From the NCBI RefSeq assembly GCF_009914755.1, contig NC_060943.1: DNA of 64,000 nt; one strand, given 5' to 3'. The position numbers and the translations under genes were made by a program. Numbering within the stretch: position 1 is the first letter of the stretch; every line of letters starts with the position of its first letter. The notes under the pieces are model-generated. The model made no database searches, was not told where the DNA came from, and saw nothing but the letters and a program-made list of their open reading frames with translations. This stretch comes from the human T2T-CHM13v2.0 reference genome, Homo sapiens. Of this stretch, positions 47,563 to 63,019 are shown piece after piece.

Positions 47563-48175
47563 TGTTTGTTAGTTTTCTATAGCTGCAAAACAAGTTACCA
47601 CAAACTTAGAGACTTAGAGCGAGACCCATTTACTGGCTCACTCTTATCTTAGGGTAAGAGTTTGGGCACCGCATGGTTGGGTCCTCTGCTTCGGGGTCTC
47701 ACAAGGCTAAAATCAAGGTGCCAGCTGGGTGCTCCTTTCTGGAGACTCTGGGAAGGAATTCACTTCCAAACTCCTTCAGATTGTTGGCCAAATTCAGTTC
47801 CTTGTGATTATTTTTTCTTGTGAGCTGTCAGCCAGGGGCGCTCTCTGCTCCTAGAGGCCATCTCTATTCTTTCCTACCTTGTCCCCTTCATCTTCCAATC
47901 CAGGAACAAACAATCTCCCTCACATCAAATTCCACCCAAGCTTTACATCTCCATCTCCAGGGAGAATCCTGGTTTTTTTTTTAAGTGTTGCCTGGTTAGA
48001 ACAGGTCCACTGAGGATAATTCTTGTATCTTAAGATCAACTGATTTTTGGGAACTTAATTACATCTGTAAAATCTGTGACACCAACACATAGATTCTTGT
48101 TTGACTGAATAACATGGAGAAGGTGTATACATGAGAAGGGGATCTTGGTGGCCACCCGAGAATTCTGCTGATCAC
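47563..48175 (-). mobile_element. MLT1-type MaLR LTR
   Basis: TTAGTTTTCTATAGCTGC...TACCACAAACTTAG...GGCTAAAATCAAGGTG...TTAATTACATCTG. Confidence 0.75.
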
Positions 48176-51100
48176 ACAGTCTTCTGACGTTTGATTCACA
48201 GCAGTCTCCTCCACCACCTTTCTAACTTTATCTCCACTGAGCACCCTTCGCCCACACTGGGCTGGAGGTTTCTGTCTCTGTGCCTTTGCTCACGCTGGCG
48301 CCTCTCTCTGGAATGCCCTCCTCTGTCATCTTTGCTTAACACCACCCCAGTCCCTCCTGTCCCCTCTTCTCTGTGTCCCTGTAGCACTCGTCACATCTAG
48401 GACAAAGCACTAGCACCGTCCAGCATGGAGTCACTGCTGCTGAGCTCATTAGCCCTGGTCAGCCTGGCAGCAGGTGGAGGACAGGAAGTGGTGCTCATTC
48501 CTCGTGGCCTGAGCCCACGGCACCCAGGCCATGGTGGGGTGCAGGTTAGATGCTCCATACGTTACAGAGTGAACTGAAGGAAGTGAAACCTGGAGACCTG
48601 CAGAGTGACTGCTGAGAGGAGGATGAGAGGAGAAAAGGGAGAGGGAAGTGGAGGATAATTACAGGAGAAGGCTCGGGACCTCCCCTACTATCTGCACATG
48701 GCTTTCGCTCCACTCACAAAAGGTCAGTAAAGCCGGTGCCACTGGAAGTCTTGGATAAGCTACCTAGGGTGGGGCTGAGGGGCTGCTTTTAGAGTGGGGG
48801 CCCCATTCTCCATGTCACACTCATTGACCCTCACAAAGGATCAGGCAGTCTGCAGAACAGACACAAGTTTGGATTTTAAAAATATTTATGCACAATAAGG
48901 TTCAAACTTTTAAAGCTGATATATATAGTTTAGCTAAAGTTCAAGTAGCTATGCAGAGAAAGAAAGGACATGATCCATGTCCCAGAAATTATCCAAGAAA
49001 ATGTGAGTGGTGTTTTACATGTTTGGATTTGGGGAGAGATCGTTTGGGTTCAGGATGGGCAGGGCAGTGCCTTTTCTCTGGGAGCCTGCCTGGTGACCCT
49101 GAGGACAGGACCATCTAGAATGCTAAGAGAAACCCTCCTCATACCAGTGGGGATCTGAGGTCTCACAGAACATGAAGACCATGGTGGCAGAGGCTGGGCA
49201 AGCTCCTAGGCTGGGACTTGTCCACACATCCCCTGATAGGAGCATCATCACAAAGCAAAGCAGCTGCACCCACAATAAGTAGTCCCCAGGCATTTGTCCT
49301 GCTTTCCTTTGCTTGTGTGGTTGCAGGAGATATGCAGACTGCACTTTCAGGGAAGAGGGTGAGGTTGAAGGGAAGAGCAGTGCTGGGGTGAAAAGAGCAC
49401 CAGACAGGGAGGAGGCAAGCTGAGGTCCAGCCCTCCCAGTCCTGACTAAGTAACTCAAGGTGAGCAGCTAATAAAATAGTGCAGCCAGCGTTAGAAAAAA
49501 ACCAGACATCTTATTGTGTGAAATTATTTCTATTATCATAGACTAGAATCCATAAGCTTTAAAATTTTTAATTGCCAAAAAATTCTAATGGAAAAGGTAT
49601 AGAAATGCTGAAATGTCTACTTTTGACTGTCATTTACCACTTCAGCATGGCGATGGCAATGGCTTTCGTGTATTTAGTCCCTCAACTCACTGTGCAGTTG
49701 CTTTGCAGAGGCAGCAGTCATCCTGCCAGCTCTTGGCCTTCCCTGCCACCCAGCAGAGTGCCTGCTGCCCAGTCGGGTCATCTGGCAGCCACAGCAGAAC
49801 TCGCTACTCTTGGAAAATTGCTTCCCATACTCTAATGTGCCCTGTTGGCATCTGTGGAGACCTGGACCCCAAAAAACTGTTCAAGACTGACCATAAAAGA
49901 TTTAGAGCTGGAGATATTACTTTGAAAATACTTCCTAATATATAAATTATCCGGAAACGGGCTCCATGCCTGCTCATTAGGGCAATGTTTTAACTTGGCT
50001 TCCATCCTAGAGTATTATCGGTCCCCACAATTAAACTAAAATATAAGTGAGGCTTTCATGGGGTGGGAAAGAAGGGAGTTTGAAATATCAATTGGTTCAG
50101 GATGCCTATGAATATATATTTTCCAGTGGTGGTGCTTGACTCTCAAAGCCAGGTCCTGGCAGCTGAGCCTGGCCAATAGCATTGGCTTTGTTCTGCGATG
50201 GCAGTGGTGAGACTGGTAGGATTCTTTATTTCTTTTATAGAAAATCAAGGTAATGATTAGAGCAGTCACTGGAGTGACTGAATGCTTCTTTGTGCTGGGA
50301 ACTATACTAAATTATTTAAAGGGATTAACTTTTTCAGCTGTCGAAATGAACATATGAAATGGGTCTTATTAACAGACCCAGAAACTGAGGCAAAAAGCTA
50401 AAGACATTTCCTTTAGTCCAGGGCCACAAACCAGCAGCTCAGAGGGAATTTGGACATAGACTTTTCTTTTTTCTTTGGCCAAAATAGAAATGTGTGTGTG
50501 TGTGTGTGTGTTTGTGTGTATGTGTGTTTGTCTGTGTGTGTGTGTATTTTTCTATCTTTATCTCTATTTCTATCTCTTTCAATGTCTTTGGGCAGGGCAT
50601 AAAATGCCCAATTTGCCACAGACCCCACCAGTCCCTAATGTCTTTCACCTTGCACTCTACACATATTTATTCTACCCGTTTGCCCCTTGAAGACACTGAG
50701 TTGTTAACTTCGCGTGGACCAGTCAACAGAGCTAGACTTGGTCAACAGGGTGGGGCGGTGTCTTGGGGAAACAACAGTACCCTAAATTCAGTTCTTCTAC
50801 AGGAGGGGCTCACCTAGCTCCTCTGTCTTTCTTATCTCTTTTCTAGTCCTGTCACTGAAGCCACCTCAGACCTTTTCAGAGCTTTGTTTTTGGAAAGTGT
50901 CTCCTGTTGGGCTCTCCAGAAGCAGGTGCTGAGATAGAGGGGTGAGGGGCACGAGTTGTACGGAGATCAACAGCTAACAGGACTGGGAGAAAGCAGGATT
51001 GGGAAGAGGAGGTGACCGAGTAGTCAAGGGGAGCTGGGCCCAGGGAGTCCTGGCCAGGGGGGAGCAGCAGGTGGAGGACCTGGAGTCCTAAGTCCAGCTT

Positions 51101-52189
51101 CAGACTAAAGAGGTCAGGCCTTTTTAACCAGGCCCTGCTAAGTCCCTGCTAGGTGATATTTAGAAAGTGTGCACCAGACAGGCCCAGAAGCCAGAGGCTG
51201 TCCGCTAACCATACTCCAGTAGCTGGGCAAGTCCCCCCCGAAGGGCCCCTGGGCAGCCGTCTCCACGTCAACCACAGAAGGCATTTCCAACTCCAACTCC
51301 AGTTGGTGTTAAGGTCAGATCTCCTCTCTGGTGTGGCCTATCTGCCGGAGCAGGTGGACTCTCTCTGGGTCTGTGTGTCCTGGGCGGAGCCACCTGGGAT
51401 CCAAAGCACAACTAGGAGAATCTGGAAGGGGGAGGGAGGACTGACCCCACATTTGCATGACAAGAAGCTCTAATGTCAACCTTCCTCAAGGCCATCTTTC
51501 TGTGCCTCAAAGAACCCTTTGTCTAAACCTAATCACCTCCCAAAGGCCCCATCTGTAAATGCCATCACATTGTGGGTAAGGACTTCCACAGATGAATTTG
51601 GGGGAACACAGTTTAGTCCATAGGAACCCTTACTATGAAAGGCATCAGAGAGTAAAGACATCTCTTAGGCTGTCTCTAGGCAGACAAAGATGACTGAGCA
51701 CACCCATTTTCTACCTTCCAAACTGTACCATTTGTTTTCCTTATGGTCCTGTAGAGTGAGGTGACCAGTAGTATTTTGGTTTGATTTCTTAGAAAAAGCT
51801 CAAACCAAAATGAATTTCCTAACATTTTCACCTAAAAGCTGTAAGCCCAGGCTCAGCAGGGATGTGTTTTCACTCTCAGGAGAAAGATGTTAGGGATCTA
51901 GCACAACTTTCTTCCTCCCCAAATTCTCTTTCAGACACTCTGGGAGAACTTGAGCAAGGGTGAGGGCCTCGCCAGCACCCAGCCATGCACCCATGGGCAC
52001 CCTGGCCCTCAGGCCGCCAGCCTCCAGAACAGTGAGAAAATAGAAAAGGGATTTCTGTTGTTTCAGCCAAAAAACATACCTTGCATGCACATTAGTTTTC
52101 TATTCGAGAGCCCTGATATCCCCCTCGGGGTTTCTATGTGAGCACTTGACCATGTGTGAGTAGGAGGGGTCCTTGCTCAGTGCCCAGGT

Positions 52190-52914
<725 letters not shown>

Positions 52915-54884
52915 CCAGGGGCTGTTCGATGCTGCAGAGTGAAAGGCAGTAGCTGCAGTTGGGAACCTCCCTCCCCTCCATCCCCTACCCTGTGTCACTG
53001 ACGAAGACGATGCCACTGACCACATCCCGCATAGGGGGAAGGCTTTCTGGGAATGTCACTCCTCCTTGACAAGGAGCAGGGGGCTCCCGCCATGTCTTGG
53101 GTGTATGTTCCTGAACATTGGGATGATGGGCAATCTTGGGCTGCACTTTTTCCAACTCTGCTCCTGGACCCGCCCTCGTGCTGTGGGTCCCATCCCCAGG
53201 CCCTAAGCAGCTGCTTAAATGGAGCTGCAGAAGAGCCAAAGCTTCCATCACTCTCACCCTCTCTTAGCTTCAGTCTTGACTCCTTCTCTGAGCCCCTGTA
53301 CCCATCTTGTGCTGCCTACGTCCTACCTTGGGCTGCTCGGTATTGGCTGGCACAGGAGACCCAGAGCTCCGTGACATCAGGGACGGGGCTGGCTCTGTGG
53401 AATGATAGCTGCCAACCCAGCCTGGTGCCTGTGTTGTGCAGGATGCAAGAGCCGCAAGCATATGTGCTGCCACTCGGGGCACCTATGTAAGGGCAAGGAC
53501 AGGACAGGCTCTGGGGGCTGCAGGTGATGTTCCCAGTGAAGAAAATGTTGTGGCATAATGTTGTCCCTGGTCATTTCTGGGGACCCACAGAACTACCTAT
53601 TCTGTGTATATGATGTCTCACTTCATTATGCAGGAATTTTGGCCACTATGAATGAGCTATGAGGAAACCAGGTGGCATTTGTAGCATTTCAGAGCCATTC
53701 TCTAGTGCACTAGTTCTATTAGATAGTCTACAAATCAGCGGGGAGGGCACTGGAAGGGTGAGTTTTTAATACATTTGAAAATATTTCATAGTCTTTTTCC
53801 TCTTTGAAATTCTTACAGTAAATAAAACAAGTTTAACTCAGAGCTTCATAAATGTAAGTGGCCATGAAACTCTCCCTTTTGTGGGACAACCTCCTGCCAC
53901 TGACACCCCCTTTCACGGGGGAGGTGGCCTGCAGTCCCCAGAGCCTGCCCTGTGATGTCCATCAGAAGTACCTGGGAAGGGTAGTTTGAGAAGCATCAGT
54001 CTGACTTTCTCTTTAGAAAATCAAGCCCATTCCACAGATATAGTCAGATATCTGTGATGTTATCAACTGGCCTGCCTTCCAATTCAGTGTGATAAACACT
54101 TATTAAGCCCCCACTGGGTATGAAATACTGAGACAGGTGGAGTGCGAAAGACAGATAAAGAATGCTTCTATGAAGCTTAGAGCCTATGACATGACAGAAG
54201 ATAAGTTAGGAAGAAGAATGGCTCTACAACAAGGTAAATTGCTTTTCTTATTGATTAAGGTAAGTGTTATAAAATAGACAGAATGTCATGGGAGTCAAAG
54301 TTAAAAGAGAAAAAATCTGTATCCAGCTGGGACAACCAGAGAAGGCCACTATCCTGAGGTCCTGAAAGATCTTTCCGCCTGCCTGCCTGAGGTCTTGGCT
54401 TGGGTATCTCAAACCAAATTCAAGAGCCTGACCCTATAAACCCGGTGCTTCTCCCCTGTTCTCTCTCTCAGAAGGGTACCAGCCACCTGCTGCATAGGCA
54501 GACACCCTGAAGTCTTCCTTGTCTGACCCTGCCCGGCCATAGAGAAATGTATTCATGGTGTTTTTGTCTTTCTCTCCAGCACTTGTGTCAGCCTGTGGTG
54601 TCAAACCTATGCATGTGTTCATTTAATGAGTGTCTACCTCCCCCACTCTTTGGGAGCACCCCAAGAACACACATGTAATGTTCCTGCTCATCAGTGTAGT
54701 CTCAGAACTGGGTTAATTCCTGGCACCGAGGAGTCTCCAAATAAGTGACGCTGAATAAATGCCTGAAGGAACAAATAAACAAGCGTGTGGACTGATTTCA
54801 GAACTCACCCTTGATTGAGAGTTACAGTGTGTAGAAATGGAGGAAAAGCATTTTCAGGGTGGAAGGAATCAGAGGAGCAAAGTC

Positions 54885-55150
54885 ACTGATGGCAGCATGG
54901 ATCCTTGATAGAATCCTGGAATGGAAACAAGACACTGGCGAAAAAACTGGTGAGATCTAAATAAAGTCTGTAGTTTAGGGGAGAGTGACGTGCTAATGTT
55001 AATTTCTCAGTTTTGGCAGATGTGCCCTGGGAATTTAAGATGTCAACATTATGGAAAGCTGCTGAGGGGTAGATGGGGACTCTCTGTACCATCTTTGCAA
55101 AGCTTCTGCTGTAATCTAAAATTTTTATAAAATTGAACATTTATTTTAAA
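54885..55150 (+). mobile_element. L1MC/MD 3' UTR fragment
   Basis: GAATCCTGGAA...AAACTGGTGAGATCTAAATAAAGTCTGTAGTTTAG...CTCTCTGTACCATCTTTGCAA. Confidence 0.7.
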
Positions 55151-56974
55151 AAAATTAACTTTCTTTTTGCCCCAGAGGAAACAGAGACCATCCCAGTCAA
55201 ATTAAAGAAAGTCTTGGTAGTTATGACCAATATCAGAGCTTTGGTCCTGGAGTCCTTGGAATTAATAAAAGGAACACACTTAAGGGTGTTTTTCTAAAAA
55301 CAAAACAAAACGAAACAAAAAACGGGGTGAGATTCATGGTGGGCCACAGCAGAATGCTGGGGGTGTTCAGGGCATGTCTCTGACAGGTGAGGCACAGACC
55401 AGCAGAGCTCCTTTTCTCCTCCCCAAACTTTTCCTGCTGTTCCCTTGCCAGATACTGGCTTGAGGAAACTGACTCGGAGGTCCTTTTCAGTTGAAGGCTA
55501 GCTCAAACCTCCAGACTCCTGCCCTGGGACCCTGTCCTGCCAAAATCCCCTTAGATCCCTGTCACTAGCTCTGCATGCCAGTCCCACAGCTCTGTTCTTT
55601 GCTGGTCCTTCTTTGGGGGTCGGCCCTAAGATGCTAAAGTGGCCCTGCCCATGGGAAATGCAGGATGGCTCACAGCCAGTGACTGGCTGGTGTGAGGCTG
55701 CACCACACAGCTCCCCGCTAGGCTCAGGACAGACTCTGAGGTCGACTCATGCTCCAGTGCTCCCTGTGGGGTCTGCCTATGTCTGGGGCTTCTCCTGAAA
55801 TCACACTCTTGCTTGGCTTCCTTCTTTCTGTTTTCTGTCCTGCTTCTTCCACACCCTTGGTGGTGGTGTGTGTGTGTGTGTGTATGTGTGCATGCACAGA
55901 CATTTTTCAGAATTTCCGTAATCAGTCCTTGCTTTAAAATCTAATTCTAAAAAATCCAGAACCCAGACACTAAGAATTGGTTTTAGCATCACAAGACCTG
56001 CCCTCAAAATCTAGCTGTAATACCCACCAGCTGTGTGACCTTGGAGACCATCTCCCCGCCCCTCTTACCTATAAAGTGAAGATAATCACATCTGCTTCTT
56101 GGCTGATCGTGGTGCTTACACAGGTTAACTGGTGTCAAGTACCTGGCACCTTTCCTCAGTCCCTGAGTGCACAGTTCCTGAGCATCCTGGGCCCCTCTTC
56201 CATGTGAAGGCTGTGCCCATGGACCTCAGATAAACTCCCTGTGTGTCTCAGTCAATAGAGGATATTAGCAAATGCTTAGCCAAGTGTTCTGGCTGCGTTT
56301 ACTCCCACATCCACCAACATAAAAAGTAAACAGCAGAATAAATTGCCCATCTGCTGCCATCAATCACAAATACAATCTTCGCCCACTGTAACACAAGGCA
56401 AATACAGTAATGACAAAATCCATAGCTGGGGAAATGATAGAGTGGTGGCCAGGATTTTCCTCTCTCCACAGCCCCAGTCCATGTTCTATTATTTAAATGC
56501 ACAGGGAGCAACCACGGCGATCAATATGTTGCCTGCCTTCGCTGTCACAAGGCAGGCTGGTTGCTCGGGCCTCGAACTTAGGGCCTCTGGATGGCATGCT
56601 TCAGGCAGCTCAGTTCTAGGTCAGTGGACCCTGAGAGGAAGAAAAGCAAAGCCCCCAGTCCTCAGAGATGGAAGAAGTCACCAGAAGGAACAAGACAAGA
56701 ATATGTCACAATGGTTCAGTACCTGCACATCTATAGAGTAAGTTTAAAATAAACGTTTCTGGTTTCAAAAGAGATAAGAATGTTCACAAATATGGAAAAA
56801 CCCAAGGAAGAAAATCTTAAAAATGTATGATTTTACCTCTCCCCAAATAGTCACTGTTAAAATATTGCTCTATATCCTTTTAGACATTTTCTCATCCTGG
56901 TAGGCATATGCACACATATATACAAAGTTGAGGTAATGATAGGTGTCCAACTGTGCTCTTCCTACTCTCTCTGT

Positions 56975-57208
<234 letters not shown>

Positions 57209-59289
57209 CTATCTTTTAAAAAAGCCTGCTAGTTTAATAGATAAAAATAATACTTCATTATTCTACCTTGTGTTAAGTAATTTTACTAACAATATAATCT
57301 TAGTTTGTTTGCTATTGGCTCTGTTTGACAGATGAAAAAAATTAAGTTCAGAGAGAATAAGTTGTCAGCCAGCATCACAGAATTTCTGGCAAGACGGCGC
57401 CTGTGAGGGTGAAGTGTGCGCTTCCCGGCTCTAAAATCCCTGTTATGTCAGAATAATTGTTAATAAAATTCTTTATGAAATTGCCACATCATGGCATTTA
57501 CACATCACACATTTGAGTTTAATGAAAGAGATTTGAGCAATGAGTTTGACAAAAGGGGAATGTAAATCTGGCCACAAGAATATGTCTCTTTTGTTCTTAG
57601 TGAAACCCTTGGTTGTTCAAGGAGGGGCAGGCCGTGTACATGTGTGCACATGTGGATGTGCACACATGCATATATGTGACTGTGTGTTTTAGGGGGTGCT
57701 GGTGTGAGCTCAGAGCACAAGAAGGGGTCCTGCCTTTTCCCACTGCTCACTGGTGTTTTTTTGCATAATTATAAAACAGAGCCTGCCATGTCACATAGGG
57801 ACCGCTGCTGGAGCAACCAATATCCCTGGGATTGATGGCATTCATTCTACAGACATTTCTTAAACAGATGTGCTTGTCATTGAATGAAACTATGAACACA
57901 ATAGGAATAGTCTCTTCCCTCACTGGGCTTCTGTCTAGTTGAACAAAGCAGAAAGACCAGCCACTGATAGATCACGACTCATGTACAACCTTGGGTAATC
58001 AGTAAAAGATCACTGATGTGGACAGATATTTACATGGACCAAACGCAAGTAAGCCAAACAACTATCTTAAAGTGGGTGTCTGGGCCTCATTAGCATGCTG
58101 AAACTAATCAAATGAGTGAGAAAATAATATATCTCCTGGGTTGAATTCAGCAAGGTCTTCTAGGGTCAATTACAAGTACAATTAGCAAATAAACTCATAG
58201 ATTATTTCCTGTTTACACTTCAAACAAACCTGACTTTGCTGATTTACACGGCAGGTTGCACCTTGATTATAAATTATTAAGTGGTCAATAATGAATGGCA
58301 TTACTGTTTTAATTTCCCCAAGTATGTTTGAATATCACAGCAAAGAGATGAGATCAGTCAACACATTTGCATATCGTCCAGAAAGACATAAAGCAGAATT
58401 AACCGTACTTTGGAAATAGATGGCTGAAGAGAAAGCTCACCCCTGAGTTTACATTGCAATCCTGATAAATCTCTCCCCAGTAACGCTGGCAATGAACCCT
58501 GAGAGGAAGGAGAGATCGGGTTTGTTAAATTGCATTGAGTCTCCAGCTCTCAGATATGGATGAGTAACAAAAGTTCCATGTATGATTCTTATCATGTGTG
58601 GGTCATTACAGCCATCCATTCACAGATGTAAGAGCTGTGCTGGGAATCTGGTGTATGACACTGAAATCCCTCCAGTCAGTTCTCATGGAGAGCTGGTTTC
58701 TTATTGAAGATCAGCAGATCCCGAAGACACTGTGGAGCCTCCTGGAGATTCAGACTCAAGGCTTCTGCCCACTCACATGTCCTCCTGCTCTCCCTTCAGC
58801 CCCCTCATTCCTTGGAAGCTCACTCCCCTCCTCCCACATCCCGTCTGTCCCTCCATGCTGCCCCAGAGCACTCTCTGAACAGGTGCACCCTGCTGGAGTC
58901 TGAGCACTGACCCAGCAAGGCAAGGGCTCCTCGGAGAGACACAAACGGACTGAGTGAGGCTGGCAGGAAGCCCTTTCACCCCCCAATTATTCTGGTGCTT
59001 GCTGTTTCTATCAAAGTAGCTACACTGAGGAAAGAGACTTGCCCTGTGTGTGCACTCCGGGGGACAGGCAGGCCACTGTCACATGCCCCCATGCTTGCCC
59101 TGGGCTTGTTGTGTGCAGCAAGCACTCAGTTTATTTCTGTTGAATGAGTGAATGATTGAATGAGAGCCTCCACTGCAGCTCTGGGCTCTCAGGAAACTGC
59201 GGTGGCCTCTGTCCTCCAGACACCCCTCATTCAGTGTTGGTTGTCATAGCCATTCCAGCCACTCTTGAAAAACATAATTTTGACCCTCA

Positions 59290-59502
59290 TTTTATCTTCA
59301 TGGGGTGCATGTGCAGGTTTGTTACATGGGTATATGTGTGATGCTGGGGCTTGGGACACAAATGATCCTGTGACCCATGTAGTGAGCATGGTATCTAACA
59401 GGTGGTTTTCCATCCCTTGTCCCCACCCTTTCTTTCTCTAGCAGTCCCTGGTGTCTGGTTCCCATCTTTGTGTCCACGGGTACCTGATGCTTAGCCCCCA
59501 CT
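59290..59502 (-). mobile_element. Short old L1PA 3' end fragment
   Basis: CATGTGCAGGTTTGTTACATGGGTATATG...CCCATCTTTGTGTCCA. Confidence 0.8.
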
Positions 59503-61759
59503 GATACACAGCTACTTTCATAAGCACCTCAACTTGGAAGCAACGGGATGCTGGGCTCCCAGTGGAGGGCATGACTTAAGTTTACAGAAGAGATTCACTT
59601 GTTGAAGGGACCTGCCGTCTTCTAAATTTGAAGTCCAATTTGAAAAACTGAAGTGCTCTTAGACATGTGCAGCCTTCCAGTAATTTCCCGCTGAGTTCCA
59701 CTGCACTTCCCAGAGTCAGGCTCCTCCTCTCATCAGGCCTAAGCATTTAAGCACCAAGTGAGGAAGGAATTCAAGCAGCTTCGGGACATGTAGGGAGGAT
59801 GACGAGAAAAGGAGGAGTGTGAAATGCCTCCCAAATATGTAACAACTTGCCAGGTTTTTCCAGAAAATAAGCAATTCCCTCTGTCCCCCAGCTTCTAGGT
59901 GCAAAAAGAAAACAGCTGGATTTCCAAAATACAAAAGGCTCCTGCCTCCCAGTTCCCAGATTTGGGCAGCAGAGGGATCATATGTCCCCAGCTTTCTCCA
60001 AGATAGAGGCTTAGTTTGGGGATGTTTCATGTAAATGGGGACTAGCGCACCCGAGACGCCAAGGAACAGGATGGGAAATGTACGAGTGGCAAAGAACCCT
60101 GGTTCTGTGATTTACTGGACATGTGACTTGGGAAAATTGCTTCCTCTCTCTAAGCAATTTTTTTTTTAGTTCATAAGCTGTAGATATGAATACTGATCTC
60201 TTGTTGCTATAAATTATCTCACATATTAAAGCACTTGGCACATGGAAGTCTCCCAAAGATTTCACAGTCACTCTGGCTCAGGGTTTACTCCTGGAGGAAG
60301 GACTTTCTTCCCTTCATTTGCTCTCAAGTCCACTTGACTCCCTTGGTCCCACTGGCCTCCCTCTTGCACCTCTGCCCCTGTGCAGGCCATGAGCTTCACG
60401 AGGGTGAGGAAGAAGGCGCAGGTGTGTCTGTTCACAGCCTTGCCCTGCATGGCCCAATCCTGGCACATGATGGACGCTCACTGAATACGTATTGGGCGAC
60501 TGACTCAACAAATCCTAGAGGCCATCGCAGGGCACAGGCGTCCTCTCTTTTTTTCTGCAGAACTATTCCACACTTTATGCTGTTCCTTGGGCTTCCTTAA
60601 GCTTCTGGTGATGAGATGAAAGCTTATTATATTTCAATCTATTCTCTTTCTACCTTTAAATATTGGCATTTTACTGTAAGAAAAGCAGACTTTATTTTCA
60701 ATTCATATAAAATTCATTTTTTAAAATAAAAAACCCTAAGAATTTAAAGAAAGAGTAATCAGCCACCAGGACTTCTTTGTTTTTGTGATATGTGCCTCCC
60801 GGGCCCATGCCACGCATTCTTCAACTCTCTCATCTCTAACACAACTGAAATTCCGCTCCCCATGTGGCTGCTCTTGCAGTAAAATGACAATTGACTGCCA
60901 ACTTTCCTGAGTCTTCAGCTTTTCTCTTACATTCAACAAGATAAAGAAGCATTGGACCAGGGGCCCAGAGTCTCTGAGCTGCTTTCTCCTCACCTGTATG
61001 TCTCCTAAGCCCTCATAGGAGCAGCTTCAGTCATGGAGGGCACCATGCTCAGGTTGTCCACAGCTCCCAGGTCATCAGCAACCGTCTGTGACTCTGTGCA
61101 AAGCTGAAGGGTGACGATCCTTCCAAGACAGTCACCAGAACACTGTGTGTGTGGGGAGAAGGTGGACAGAGGAAGGAAGAGCCCTCCTGGCATTCAAGGC
61201 TTCTGACCACAACCTCTCCCTCTGTCCAGAGGAGGCGGGGTCTCCAAGCCACAGGGACTGCATGCTCAGATAGGCAGTTTTGATGATGCTGCCTCCCCTA
61301 CTCCACAGCTCCTCATCCTTCCTTCCCTCCAGGCCTTTCACACTGGGGAAGGGGGTGTTTTGCTTGATGCCTTTTGAAGCCTGACCTCAAAGCCAAGCCT
61401 CAATCCCCTTCTTCAAAAAGCCTTTCCTGGCCTTCCTGAGGCCTCCCCCACACCCCTCACCACAGTGAGTTTCACTGTCTGTCAGTGAGGTTGCACGCCT
61501 ATGACACTTCTGTTTTCACAGTTTCCCTGCACAGAGCAGTGGGTAAGTCACAGAATCAGTGTCCCATCACTTACCGGCTATGGAACCTTAGCCATAAAAA
61601 AGGTCTTCATGAACTTCAGTTTCCACATCGGCCAAAAGGATGATAACACCTAACACATGGGGTTCTTGTGAGGGTTGAATTAGAATAATTCCTGTGGGCA
61701 GATGGCCTCTGAAAGTGTGCAATGAGATTTACAAGGATGTCAATGGCAGTATTGCTTTA

Positions 61760-62372
<613 letters not shown>

Positions 62373-62715
62373 AGTATTGTTTTTAAGAGCCAAAAATTCA
62401 GGAAAACTTTTTAAATGCCACCAAAACAGAATTGATTAAATAGATTTTGATTACATCCCGAAGTGAAATATTATGCAGCTATTAAAAAGAATAATCTTCC
62501 TTCTCAGTCTTCCTCATGGTCCAAATTGAACTGCATTTCATAATAGGAAACAGATTGAGAAGATAATCGTAGTCTTCAAGATAGACAAACAGTAGGGTTT
62601 TCTAAATGTCAAACTCACTGTGAGAAATCCTAAGCTCCTATATACTATATATGAGTGAAGCATTTTGCTCAGTCATCAACTGACAATTTTTCTTCTAAGA
62701 AAGAGGCTGGGTTGG

Positions 62716-63019
62716 GGGGCTCAGTGGCTCACACCTGTAATCCCAGCAGTCTGGGAGGCTGAGGCAGGCAGATCACCTGAGGTCAGGAGTTCGAGACCAG
62801 CCTGGCCAACATGATGAAATCCCATCTCTACTAAAAAATACAAAAATTAGCCAGGCATGGTGGCACGCACCTGTAATCGCAGCTACTCAGGAGGCTGAGG
62901 CAGAAGAATCACTTGAACCCAAGAGGCGGAGGCTGCAGTGAGCCGAGATTGCACCACTACACTCCAGCCTGGGTGACAGAGTGAAACTCCATCTCAAAAA
63001 AAAAAAAAAAAAAAAAAAA
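62716..63019 (+). mobile_element. AluSx-like
   Basis: Alu consensus, long poly(A), AAAGAGGC on both flanks. Confidence 0.95.
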
